A stretch of 64,000 bases of DNA from an uncultured Chloroflexia bacterium (GCA_963814135.1 CAWFBZ010000013.1:41222-105221), one strand, 5' to 3'; positions 21,586 through 30,972 are shown, numbered from the stretch's first letter. Made by a program: numbers and translations. Notes: generated by a model from the sequence alone, not told the origin.

Positions 21586-24288
21586 TTACAACTGCGCACG
21601 CAACTTTCCGGCCGTATCCCGGAAAGCCTCCAGGCGTTCGCGCTCTTTCTGGACGACCGGCGCCGGGGCTTTGTTGGCAAAGTCACTGGCCAGCAGTTTT
21701 TCCAGCCGGTCGATCTGAGCTTGGGTATCGGCCAGTTCCTTTTCCAGGCGTTTGCGCTCTTCCTCGGGATCCAGCATACCCGAGAGCGGCACATGGATCT
21801 CCACCGGACCGGCAACCAAAACCACGTCATTCTCAGGCTTTGCATCCAGGGATTCGAGGACATTGAATTGGGAACGGTCAAGACCAGCCAGGACGAGGAT
21901 GGTTTCAGCTTGTTCCCGAAGCAGGACTGTCTTTGCACCTCCGACCAGGCTGGCGGGAAGACGGCGGGACTGGCTGACTTTCTTCTCAGCCCGCAAGTTA
22001 CGGATGGAGCGAATGACGTCCTGCACCAGGGCAAAATCGGCCAGATTGGCGGCTTCCCAGCCTTCTTCGGCGTGGGCTTCGGGCCAGGCAGCCACGATGA
22101 GCGCATCCGGCCATCCGGCGGCGAGGCCGGCGAGGGGTGAATTCAACACTGCCTGGCGGAGATGCCCCCATAATTCCTCGGTCACAAAAGGCGTAAGGGG
22201 GTGCAGCAGCCGCAGGCAGGTATCCAGGACCCGCACGAGCGTGGTCACAGTCGACTGCCTTGACTCATCCTTCTGCATTTGCAGCTTGGATACTTCCACG
22301 TACCAGTCTGCAAAATCGTTCCAAAAGAATTCGTAGATCTGCCGGCCGGCTTCACCGTATTGGTAGGCCTGGAAAAGGCGTTCCACATCCCGCACGAGCG
22401 CATAAAGGCGCCCCCAGATCCACGAATCAGCCAGGGACCAGGACGGGGCAATATCCGCTGCAGGAAGAGCAGCACTGGCATAGGAATTTATGGCGGAGAT
22501 TACATAGCGACCGGCATTCCAGACCTTGTTGGCGAAGTTGCGGTTGCCTTCCACCTTCTTGATGCTGAGGTTGGTATCGTTGCCGGGGGTGGAACCCACC
22601 AGCAGGGTGAAACGCAGGGCATCCGTACCGAATTCCTCCATGACCGGGAGTGGGTCGATGCCGGTGCCTTTGCTCTTGGACATTTTCTGCCCATCCTCAT
22701 TGCGAACCAGGCCATGCAGGTAGACCGTACTGAATGGAACCTGACCGGTGAACTCGAGCCCATCCATGATCATACGGGCGACCCAGAAGAAAAGGATGTC
22801 GTAGCCGGTCTCCATCATGCTGGTCGGGTAGAAGTAACGGTAGTCGGGCGTTTCTTCCGGCCAGCCCAGTGTCGAAAACGGCCACAAACCCGACGAGAAC
22901 CAGGTATCCAGCACGTCCGGATCCTGGTGAATGTTGGCACTGCCACAATGGGCACAGGCCAGCGGGTCGGTGCGGGTGCAGGTCTTGCCGCCGCAATCCT
23001 CGCAGTACCAGACCGGGATGCGATGGCCCCACCACAACTGGCGGGAAATGCACCAATCGCGGATATTTTCCATCCAGTTGTAATAGACCTTCTCAAAGTG
23101 TTCCGGGATGATGCGGATGCGCCCATCCCGTACGGCCGCCTCGGCAGCCACGGCGAGCGGGGCAATCTTGACAAACCACTGCTCCGAGACCATCGGCTCG
23201 ATGATCTCCCCGCCGCGTTCCGAGCGCGGCACGTTGAGCAAGTAGGGTTCCTCCTTGATGACCAGACCTGCCAGGCGCATATCGGCCCAGAGTTTATTCC
23301 GGCACTCGAAGCGGTCCAGGCCGGCGTACGGACCGCCCAGCTCGGTCACCCTGGCCTCCCGATCCAGCATCGAGAGGACCGGCAGCCCGTGTCGTTGTCC
23401 GATCTCATAATCGTTGGGATCGTGGCCGGGCGTGATCTTGAGGGCGCCGGTGCCGAAATCCCGCGTGACATAATCATCGGCAATTACCGGAATTTCACGC
23501 CCCAGCATCGGCACGATCACATTCCTGCCGACGAATTTCTGGTAGCGCTCGTCCTGCGGATGGACGGCAACGGCCGTGTCGCCCAGGATGGTCTCCGGAC
23601 GGGTCGTGGCAACCGGGATGAATTCGGTTTCTGAATCCGCCAGCATGTATTTGAAATAATACAATTTCCCGGGTTCCTCGGAATACTCCACTTCCAGGTC
23701 AGACACGGCGGTTTTGAGACCGGGCGACCAGTTGATCAGGCGCGGGCCACGATAGATCAGGCCTTTCTCGTACAGGCGGACGAAGGCCTCCCGGACGGCC
23801 TTCGACAACCCATCGTCCAGGGTAAAGCGCTCGCGCTCCCAGTCGCAGGAGGCGCCGATCTTGCGGATCTGGCTGGTGATGATGCTGTGATATTTGACCT
23901 TCCAGGACCAGACCCGTTCGACGAACTGCTCACGCCCCAGTTCCTCGCGCGTCACCTCTTCGGTGCGCAGCAGATCTTTTTCCACCTGCATCTGGGTGGC
24001 AATGCCGGCGTGATCCGTTCCGGGTACCCACAAGGTCGGGATGCCCTTCATGCGGTGGTAGCGGATCATCAGGTCTTCCATCGCCACGAACATGACGTGC
24101 CCAAGGTGCAGCTCACCGGTTACATTGGGCGGCGGGATGGAAATGACGAAGGGTTTTTTGGAGGGATCAAAGCCCGGCTTGTTGGGGTCGTTCGAAGGTT
24201 TGAAATAGCCACCTTTCTCCCACATTTCGTAGATGCGCGGCTCGGTGGACTTGAAGTCGTAGGCTTTGGGGATTTGATACTCAGTCAT
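21586..24288 (-). CDS. valS: Valyl-tRNA synthetase
   Basis: Intact 900-aa ORF; HIGH-type motif PNVTGELHLGH, KMSKS (QKMSKSKG), C-terminal coiled coil; AAGGAG 8 nt upstream of ATG. Confidence 0.97.
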   Translation of the reverse strand: MTEYQIPKAYDFKSTEPRIYEMWEKGGYFKPSNDPNKPGFDPSKKPFVISIPPPNVTGELHLGHVMFVAMEDLMIRYHRMKGIPTLWVPGTDHAGIATQMQVEKDLLRTEEVTREELGREQFVERVWSWKVKYHSIITSQIRKIGASCDWERERFTLDDGLSKAVREAFVRLYEKGLIYRGPRLINWSPGLKTAVSDLEVEYSEEPGKLYYFKYMLADSETEFIPVATTRPETILGDTAVAVHPQDERYQKFVGRNVIVPMLGREIPVIADDYVTRDFGTGALKITPGHDPNDYEIGQRHGLPVLSMLDREARVTELGGPYAGLDRFECRNKLWADMRLAGLVIKEEPYLLNVPRSERGGEIIEPMVSEQWFVKIAPLAVAAEAAVRDGRIRIIPEHFEKVYYNWMENIRDWCISRQLWWGHRIPVWYCEDCGGKTCTRTDPLACAHCGSANIHQDPDVLDTWFSSGLWPFSTLGWPEETPDYRYFYPTSMMETGYDILFFWVARMIMDGLEFTGQVPFSTVYLHGLVRNEDGQKMSKSKGTGIDPLPVMEEFGTDALRFTLLVGSTPGNDTNLSIKKVEGNRNFANKVWNAGRYVISAINSYASAALPAADIAPSWSLADSWIWGRLYALVRDVERLFQAYQYGEAGRQIYEFFWNDFADWYVEVSKLQMQKDESRQSTVTTLVRVLDTCLRLLHPLTPFVTEELWGHLRQAVLNSPLAGLAAGWPDALIVAAWPEAHAEEGWEAANLADFALVQDVIRSIRNLRAEKKVSQSRRLPASLVGGAKTVLLREQAETILVLAGLDRSQFNVLESLDAKPENDVVLVAGPVEIHVPLSGMLDPEEERKRLEKELADTQAQIDRLEKLLASDFANKAPAPVVQKERERLEAFRDTAGKLRAQL

Positions 24289-24312
24289 TCTTACTCCTTA
24301 ATAAAATAATGG

Positions 24313-24813
24313 TCAGGAAGCGGTTCCGATCCAATCCATGTCGATGCCAGCGCGTGCTCCCAGGCGCTCGTACAATTCGCCGGCATGCTGCTGCAGGTGG
24401 CGGATATTGTAAAATTGCAATTCCAGCTTTCCGAACGGCAACCACTCGAACCCCGAGCCGGCTTCCAGGTCGAGCACCGGCAGGCACGCCCGCACTTGCT
24501 CCCGTACAAAGGCAAGGTAAGCCAACACCTCTTGCGGTGTGTATGCTTCGCCGATCCCGGGCGGTTCATGCGGCGGCCGGGGCTTGGGGTCCATAAACTG
24601 GGCATCTTTACGATGGTGCTGCCAGGGCTGGAACTCTTTTTCCGTGGCCTGTAAATACAGGTGGGTATAAAACAGGGCATGATAGGCCACGTGCCAGAAT
24701 TTATTGCGGTCTTCCGGTGCATTCCATAGATTTTGCGGACATTTCTCGACCGCCTGTTTCAACATCTCAAGGGCGGCCAGATATTGGGATTGGATGACTG
24801 GTTTGATTTCCAT
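24313..24813 (-). CDS. DinB-family (four-helix bundle metalloenzyme-like) protein
   Basis: 166 aa; WHVAYHALFYTHLYL and FYNIRHLQQHAGEL histidine pattern typical of DinB_2. Confidence 0.75.
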   Translation of the reverse strand: MEIKPVIQSQYLAALEMLKQAVEKCPQNLWNAPEDRNKFWHVAYHALFYTHLYLQATEKEFQPWQHHRKDAQFMDPKPRPPHEPPGIGEAYTPQEVLAYLAFVREQVRACLPVLDLEAGSGFEWLPFGKLELQFYNIRHLQQHAGELYERLGARAGIDMDWIGTAS

Positions 24814-24822
24814 TCCTGCTCC

Positions 24823-25771
24823 TCATGCCAGCAAAAACTTTAAGCCTTTTGCAAGCGATTTCTCGAAATCGGCGGGGAACTCGTGCCCAAGTTCCGGATG
24901 GTCTTCCATCTCACAGGGAATAGCGTTCTCCAAAAACAACGCCTGGATCTTCTTGAAGGTTTCATAATGCGGATCCCGGCCCCCGGCAACCAGGTAGCCT
25001 CTCATCCCGCTTCCCCGGGCAGATTGGACCAGGGCATCCAGCCCATCCAGGACCGTATTCCCGGGAACCACTGCCATGAATCCGCGGCACGGGTAGCTTG
25101 CCTCCCAGGGCCATGTGGATGGCCAGGGCAGCTCCTTGCGACATGCCGGCAATCACAAGACGCTCAGGGTCAATCGCATAGCGGGCGCGTAGGGCAGCGT
25201 AGGTTGCAATGATTTCCTGGCCGGCTAATTCTCGATCGTCCCAGCCATAGGCATTGGACCAGCAAAACTGGGACGAGCGCGGCAGGGCCACCAACCAGCC
25301 CAGGGAACACGCCTGTTTCCAATCAGGAGCGTTATCATTATCGGGGGTATAACCGCGTCCATGCAGGGCAATCAGCCAGGGCGGGGGAGAAGGGACGCTT
25401 GAATCCGGCTCAAATACCCGCAGGTCGGGTTTCGATCCGGTCTGGGCGGCTTTATGGAGCGCAGCATTGGCATCCAGCAGTTTTTCGAATTCCGGCAATC
25501 CCTGCAACGCCTCCAGGTCCGGATCCTGGCGCAATTCGCGTTCCGACCACCAGTACCCAGTTTTCTGACCCATTTCAAACAGCCTGAGCGCCTCATCGGC
25601 ACGCCCAAGCCGGCCGGTCAGGCAGACCCGCCATAAAATCGTATGGACGGCATGTTCCGGATAGCTATCGGCGAGCTTTTCAGCCGATTCCAGCGCCGCT
25701 GGATAGTCCCCGGCCTCGTAGCATTGGAAGAACGGGGCGGCAGCCTGGAAGAATTCCTGACTTGTAGCCAT
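24823..25771 (-). CDS. TPR-like N-domain fused to alpha/beta hydrolase (phospholipase/carboxylesterase family); frameshift near 25085
   Basis: ORF 24962..25771 (..LIALHGRGYT.., nucleophile elbow AGMSQGAALA) joins ORF 24823..25152 (..RGFMAVVPGN..EMEDHPELGHEF..) at ..GGKLPV/RGFMAV.. Confidence 0.7.
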
Positions 25772-25803
25772 ACCAGCCTCCTGCAGAGCAACGCAGCCTG
25801 CGT

Positions 25804-26081
25804 AAAATCAAAACACGCCCTTGCCCAAATGAGGACGAAAGGACGTGTCTTCCGCGGTACCACCTCGATTTACCTGCCTGCAAATTACCCAGGACAGGTG
25901 CTCTTCCCCGACCATCATCGGGGCTGGCTGTAACGGGCCTCCCGTGCCGGTCTACTCTCGCAAGGATTTCTTCGGCAGTACTCCGGACGACTTCGGCGGT
26001 GGGATTCTGTGGAGGCTTTCAGCCAACGGCCATCCTTCTCTACCAGTGTTCCAACCGTTTACTACTCCCGGAGGAGTTGTT
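25804..26081 (-). promoter_or_regulatory. T-box riboswitch leader, specifier codon GUC (Val)
   Basis: Minus strand: stem I base CUCCGG (26073-26068)/CCGGAG (25986-25981), AGUA, AGAGA (26041-26037), distal loop GUUGGCUGAAA, specifier loop GAA-GUC-G (codon 25991-25989), F-box CCGUUA (25936-25931), T-box GGUGGUACCGCGG (25864-25852) giving antiterminator GAGG/UGGUACC bulge/GCGGAAG..CUUUCGU/CCUC; competing terminator CACGUCC..GGGCGUG + UUUUGAUUUU (25847-25804). Confidence 0.85.
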
Positions 26082-26087
26082 GGAACG

Positions 26088-26116
26088 ATTATACATTTCA
26101 GTACAAGGCGAGTCAA
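26088..26116 (-). promoter_or_regulatory. Sigma70-type promoter of the T-box/valS unit
   Basis: Minus strand TTGACT (26116-26111), 17-nt spacer, TATAAT (26093-26088). Confidence 0.7.
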
Positions 26117-26216
26117 GCCGGGATTTGCCCGAACTGCCTGCTCCCGAGGTTCTGTAGCCCTCATCCGTATTCTTTTATGGTATCCTTAATCAATCCTTTC
26201 ATTTGTGGGAGAGACC

Positions 26217-26856
26217 ATGTACATTGCCATCGAAGGTGTCATCGGGGTGGGCAAGACCACCCTGGCGCACTTGCTCCAACCGGCATTCCAATCCGAACTT
26301 CTGCTCGAGGTCTTCGAGGAAAACCCTTTCCTGTCTGACTTTTACGGCGATCGCGAACGGTACGCCTTCCAGACCCAAATCTTCTTCCTGATTAAGCCGG
26401 TATCACCAGCAGCGGCGCGGGGTCATGGCGCTCCTGGAAGCCGGCAAGTCACTCATTTCCGACTACACATTTGCCAAGGATAGCCTGTTCGCGCGCATCA
26501 ACCTGCAAGGCGACGAACTGGAAATGTACAAGCGTGTTCATGAAGCGCTGGCCGAAAAAATCGCCATGCCGGACCTGCTGATCTACCTGAGCGCCGATAC
26601 CGACGTCCTGATGCAGCGCATTGCCTTGCGGGATCGTTCCTACGAACGCAACATCGAACGCAGCTACATCGAGGATCTCAACCAGGCCTATGAAGAATTC
26701 TTTTCCAGGCCATACGACGACACGCCGGTCTTGACCATCGATACAAACCCACTTGATTTCGTGCATTTCCCGGAACACCTCAGCCTGATCGAAAACCGCA
26801 TCCGCGAAGCACTCAACCTTTCGCCTTACCAGGCGGAACTCCCGCTCGACCAGTGA
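26217..26856 (+). CDS. Deoxynucleoside kinase (dAK/dGK/dCK family); frameshift near 26390
   Basis: MYIAIEGVIGVGKTT P-loop, ..ENPFLSDFYGDRERYAFQTQIFFL (ORF 26205..26483) continues LSRYHQQ..LISDYTFAKDSLFA..DLLIYL..RIALRDRSYE (ORF 26425..26856). Confidence 0.88.
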
Positions 26857-26863
26857 GAAACGC

Positions 26864-27859
26864 ATGCACCTTACGCAAGCAGACCTGATCCGAATTGCCA
26901 AAGAGACCACCGAGAAAAGCCTCCTGGCGGACCCGGGCCTGGTGGCGGCCTACCTGACCGGTTCACTGCGCTCGGACAACCCGTTCCTGGGGAATACCAC
27001 CGATATTGACCTCGTCTACGTCCATGCAGAAGAACCCGCCATCCACCGCGAAATAATCCCATTAACTCCCGAAATCCACCTGGATATCATCCATAACTCG
27101 CGCAAGCTTTACGAAAAGCCCAGGGAACTGCGCATCCACCCCTGGCTTGGACCGGAATTATACGATCCAATGCCGCTCTACGTCAGCAAGCACTTTTTCG
27201 AATTCATCCAGGCCGGCGTGCGCGATCGATACCATGAAACTTCCAACGTGCAGGCGCGTTCCCGCCGTTTGGAAGAGCAGGCCCGCCAGGTTTTGAACGG
27301 AATATCACCCAACCAATCCATCAGCCCAAGGCAATTCCTGGAATACTTGAAAACCATCCGGCTGGCCGCCAATGCACTCGCCATGCTGGTTGGCGAATTG
27401 CTGGTGGAGCGGCGTTTCCTGCTGCAATTCCCGCTGCGCGCCCAGGCAGCCGGACAGGCCGACCTGATCGGAGAATTATTTGCGCTGCTGGGAGTTAACC
27501 AGGTGGACACCCAAACCCTGGCCGGGTACGTATCCGAATGGGAAAAAGCCTTTATCGAAGCAGCCGCCCGCCCAAGGGTGGACCCCCGCATCGCAACCCC
27601 AAGGCTGGCATATTACAAACAGGCTTTCGAGGCCATGCTGGCCAGCGCAACTCCGCAGGCCATCCTGTGGCCCCTGCTGCTGACCTGGACGCAATCCGTG
27701 GAAGGCGCACCGGCTGGCGGACAGGCCAGCTGGCTCTCGGCCTGTGCCCAGCTGGGCCTGGACAAGGAACCGTTCGGAACCCGCCTGGAAGACCTGGAAC
27801 ATTTCCTCCTGGCGGTCGAGGCGGTCCAGGCAAGAATGGCAGTCGACTCTCCCGATTAA
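26864..27859 (+). CDS. Nucleotidyltransferase-fold (Pol-beta-like) domain protein, function unknown
   Basis: 331 aa; YLTGSLRSDNPFLGNTTDIDLVYV fits the GS-x(n)-DxD NTase pattern, followed by a helical domain; starts 8 nt after the kinase stop. Confidence 0.5.
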   Translation: MHLTQADLIRIAKETTEKSLLADPGLVAAYLTGSLRSDNPFLGNTTDIDLVYVHAEEPAIHREIIPLTPEIHLDIIHNSRKLYEKPRELRIHPWLGPELYDPMPLYVSKHFFEFIQAGVRDRYHETSNVQARSRRLEEQARQVLNGISPNQSISPRQFLEYLKTIRLAANALAMLVGELLVERRFLLQFPLRAQAAGQADLIGELFALLGVNQVDTQTLAGYVSEWEKAFIEAAARPRVDPRIATPRLAYYKQAFEAMLASATPQAILWPLLLTWTQSVEGAPAGGQASWLSACAQLGLDKEPFGTRLEDLEHFLLAVEAVQARMAVDSPD

Positions 27860-27860
27860 T

Positions 27861-27994
27861 CCCCCATATATGGGGTGACTTTTCAGGCCAAAGGCTGTCA
27901 AACTGTGGATAACTGCCCATAAACTGTGGATAAGCGGCTCGAACTGTGGAAAAGTCGCTCAATTGTTCGATTTTGGACCCCCATATATGGGGTG
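27861..27994 (+). repeat. Two copies of 17-bp CCCCCATATATGGGGTG (palindromic core CCCCATATATGGGG) flanking the first three DnaA boxes
   Basis: Exact copies at 27861-27877 and 27978-27994. Confidence 0.95.
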
Positions 27995-28250
27995 CAATTT
28001 CTTCGCCAACCAAAATCTGGATGGACTCTTGATTGAAAAAAAGTCCGTTAGGCTGGGCTCAGATGCACGCTCGAAAACACGCTTTTCTCTCCGAGAGTTT
28101 TCCACAGGTGTTGGAACCCCACTGGCGCAAATTACCCCACCCCTTGGCCCCAAACCAACCGGCCTCCCACCTGTGGGGCCAGACACCGGTTATCCACTTA
28201 TCCACAGGGCCTACTAAGACTACTGATATATACATCTAATAAATATATAT
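27861..28250. other. Candidate replication origin (oriC) or DnaA-box cluster with AT-rich unwinding tract
   Basis: TGTGGATAA at 27904-27912 and 27925-27933, TGTGGAAAA 27945-27953 (21/20-bp phasing); opposite orientation TTTTCCACA 28098-28106, TTATCCACT 28190-28198, TTATCCACA 28198-28206; then GGGCC and a very AT-rich 30-mer 28221-28250; no credible ORF in the roughly 400-bp gap. Confidence 0.55.
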
Positions 28251-28262
28251 GTGGAGGAAACC

Positions 28263-29451
28263 ATGCCGATCTTCCGCTTCGACGAACTGACCTGGCCTGA
28301 AATAGCCGGGCTGCCTCGGACCATCCCGCTGGTCCTGCCGGTTGGAAGTTACCCCGAGACTTTTCTTGCGGACGGGAAAGGAATGGAGACTCATACAGGG
28401 GCAGGCTGTGCTTTCATCCCAACTTGGAACGTCCCAACCGGTCGGAATTTTGCCGGCCATTCCCTTTGGATGGCCTGGCAGTGGATTGGCCGTCCCGGAG
28501 AAAATATTCCAGGCGATGCTGCGCAACCTGGTTGCCAACCTGCTGGAAGACGGATTCGGCAATATTCACGTGCTGGTACCACCGGACTTGCACCTGGACG
28601 ACGACATTCCGCAAATTAGCTGGGTGGGGGACAGCCCCGCAAAACTTACCTTTTCCCCTGCTGATGTCGAAAAGGTGCTGATCGCTCCGATCGGGCACAC
28701 CGAGCAGCATGGCTACCATTCCCCTTTGTCCACAGACACGCTGATCATCGAAGCCATCGGGGAAGGCACGGCCCGGGCTGTGCCGGATCAGGCAACCTGC
28801 CTGCCAGTCTTCCCCTACGGAGTCAGCACACACCGGCGTTCCTTCCCGGGCACCTTCAATGTTGGCGGGCGGGCCTTCGAGGATTTCTGGCTGGCGCTGG
28901 TGGACACGCTGGTGGCAGCCGGGTTCACCCGCTTTTACCTGATGAGCGGGCACGGCGGTAATTCGTCATTCCTGGTCAACGTGGTGAAATATGCCGGCGA
29001 GAAATATCCGCACATCTTCTGTGCGACCGCCTTTTTGTACCTTTCAGGGCCACAAGGGGTGGCTGCACTGGATGGCAGGCGCCAGTCAGCCCTGGGGGGA
29101 ATGGGTCACGCTTGCGAGTTGGAGACTTCGCTGGTGCTGCACTTGCGCCCGGAGTTGGTGCACATTGAAAGGGCGGTGGACGAGACAGATTTCATCACCA
29201 CCCCATCCTATTACATGGATTGGATCGAGGCGGGCGCTTTGACTGCCAATCCGCCCTGGGAAGACGACACCCGCACCGGGGCGTATGGAGCGGGCAGCCT
29301 TGGCACGGCAGAAAAGGGGGAATACTGGCTGAAAGCGGCGATCGAGGAAAAAGTGGGGCACGTGGCCGAGATCCACGAGCAATACCGCAGGAGAAGGGAA
29401 CGCAGGCAAGACGGGCGGTCGATAAAGGCTGGACTGAGCAGTCGGAATTAA
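28263..29451 (+). CDS. Creatininase-family amidohydrolase with an extra N-terminal creatininase-like half domain; frameshift at G4 run 28398-28401
   Basis: MPIFRFDELTWPEIAGLPRTIPLVLPVGS (ORF 28251..28619) joins ..QAVLSSQLG.. of ORF 28342..29451, which carries IGHTEQHGYHSPLSTD, SGHGGN, GHACELETS. Confidence 0.75.
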
Positions 29452-30548
29452 GTGCCGGCGCTGATGATCACGCGCTCCCCCAGCCCGGCCCAATCGAAAA
29501 GCCACTTTGCATCCGCGGGGGATAGATTGATGCAGCCGTGCGAGGTGGGGCTGCCAAAGGCATCGTGCCAATACGCCCCGTGAAACCCGAAGTCCCCAGC
29601 GTAGGTCATGAAGTACGGCACACCTTCGATGTAGTAATCGCTGGTGGACGTGGATGGGGGCGTGATGGAGCTGTATTCCACCTTATATAAAATGGCAAAA
29701 CGGCCCTCGAACGTCCAGGAGTTCTTGCCGGACGAGATCAAGGTGGCGAAGACCAGTTTGCAGTTGTTATACACCGACAGCGTCTGGGTTTTCAGGTTGG
29801 CGTAGATAAACCGGCAGGTGTCCGGGCCGGCTTCGGCCGGCACGGATGGGCTGACCAGCGCAAGTGCGCTCTCCGGAAGCCATTCGTCTGCTCCGATGGC
29901 GACGTATCCGGGCTTTTGGGCTGCCACCGGGACCTCATGGACCACCTGGTAGCGCTGGTAGGTCCGGACCGGCGCATCCTTCATATTGACGCTGTCAATC
30001 TCGGACAGGACCCACCCGAAGCGGAAATCAACCTGGCGGGTCAGCAGGATGCCGGTGAATTTGGAGGGCGTCAGCGGCTGCAGATCCTCCATGACCATCC
30101 AGCCATAGGTGGTGAGGGAGTAATCCTTTCCGTCGTCACCGGTCCGGGTGGTGGTGTAGGCTACGTAAGCGGGATAATCGGGCAGGTAGCCGAAATTACC
30201 GGTCTTGGCGAGGGCATCCTGGAAACTGGCATACACCCTGGCTTTGGGTTTGGTCACTTCGGCGTAATGATATTTCAGCACTCCCAAAGCCGGATCGATG
30301 GTCTGGTACCAGGCTGGTTCGGGGGTAGGCGTGAGGGTCGGTGTACTGGTGAGGGTGGCGGTGGGATTTGCCGTGGGAGTGGATGTGGGAGCAGATGTGG
30401 GAGTAGATGTGGGAACGGATGTAGGTGAAGGATGTGTAGAGGCCCCGCAAGCGGTAAGGATTAAAATGAAAAAGAGTGTTATGCCGTAGAAACGAGTGTA
30501 GTAACGACTTAAGTCGTTACTACGAATGGTAAACAAATTCTTAATCAT
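29448..30548 (-). CDS. L,D-transpeptidase (YkuD domain) lipoprotein with Thr/Pro-rich linker
   Basis: ATG 30548; ..ITLFFILILTACG lipobox; PTSTPTSAPTSTPT linker; C-terminal FHGAYWHDAFGSPTSHGCINL catalytic motif. Confidence 0.85.
   Translation of the reverse strand: MIKNLFTIRSNDLSRYYTRFYGITLFFILILTACGASTHPSPTSVPTSTPTSAPTSTPTANPTATLTSTPTLTPTPEPAWYQTIDPALGVLKYHYAEVTKPKARVYASFQDALAKTGNFGYLPDYPAYVAYTTTRTGDDGKDYSLTTYGWMVMEDLQPLTPSKFTGILLTRQVDFRFGWVLSEIDSVNMKDAPVRTYQRYQVVHEVPVAAQKPGYVAIGADEWLPESALALVSPSVPAEAGPDTCRFIYANLKTQTLSVYNNCKLVFATLISSGKNSWTFEGRFAILYKVEYSSITPPSTSTSDYYIEGVPYFMTYAGDFGFHGAYWHDAFGSPTSHGCINLSPADAKWLFDWAGLGERVIISAGT
30498..30523. repeat. REP element: perfect 26-bp palindrome GTAGTAACGACTTAAGTCGTTACTAC
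   Basis: Read directly; 18 nt downstream of the RAYT stop; lies inside codons 9-17 of the predicted L,D-transpeptidase. Confidence 0.9.
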
Positions 30549-30972
30549 CCCAACCTCGACCGAGGTCTGAAAGTGGGGGATTGGAGTTCCAATGATCTTG
30601 CCGTTTTTTTGTGAGGTCATCTTCCAGGTTCCAAAGACGGGAAGTCTTTCCATGAAGTGATTTTAGTGCAGATGATACAAAATCAAGCGATTCGACATCG
30701 ACCAATATGTGATAATGATTCATGAGTATGACCCAGGCAATGACATCTGCTTTGATAGTTTGGATTGCTTCCAGAAGTAGTAGCTCGAATTCAGTTCGCC
30801 TATTAGGAGATGCCATGACGGGCGCATGTTCAAAATTCGCCGCTGTAATCAGGTAAAAGCCTGCTTCCCGATATGGATGTGGTGGAGCGTGCAGAGGATA
30901 ACCATGTTCACGTCTGTAATGAACGATTTCTTCGCGTTCGCTGAATGTGAGTTTGAGATATTCGTAGGGCAT
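30541..30972 (-). pseudogene. REP-associated tyrosine transposase (RAYT, IS200/Y1 HUH family), apparently C-terminally truncated
   Basis: MPYEYLKLTFSEREEIVHYRREHGYPLHAPPHPYR.., HUH motif MNHYHILV, LHGKTSRLWN; no C-terminal Tyr motif before the stop; flanked by cognate REPs. Confidence 0.7.

Noticed and set aside
25772-26204. Resemblance of parts of this intergenic region to RNase P RNA (ACAGAACC.., CCCGGCUUGAC), cobalamin, FMN and TPP riboswitch cores
   Set aside because: The matches were partial and in the wrong order for those RNA classes, and the RNase P CR-I element (GAGGAAAGUCC) is absent. The region is fully explained by a promoter plus a T-box leader (specifier loop, F-box, T-box sequence, antiterminator/terminator).
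27552-28239. ORFs 27552..28013(-), 27959..28186(-), 27963..28217(+) and 28033..28239(+) across the DnaA-box region
   Set aside because: They have Pro/Gly/Arg-rich or low-complexity translations, no RBS, and they overlap each other and the repeat or box elements. They are treated as non-coding.
30549-30653. Longer L,D-transpeptidase start at 30653 (MERLPVFGTWKMTSQKNGK...), or a frameshifted continuation of the truncated RAYT through the A7 run
   Set aside because: The alternative frame does not restore any RAYT Tyr-motif sequence, and the extension overlaps the RAYT 3' end. ATG 30548 gives a normal lipoprotein signal peptide.
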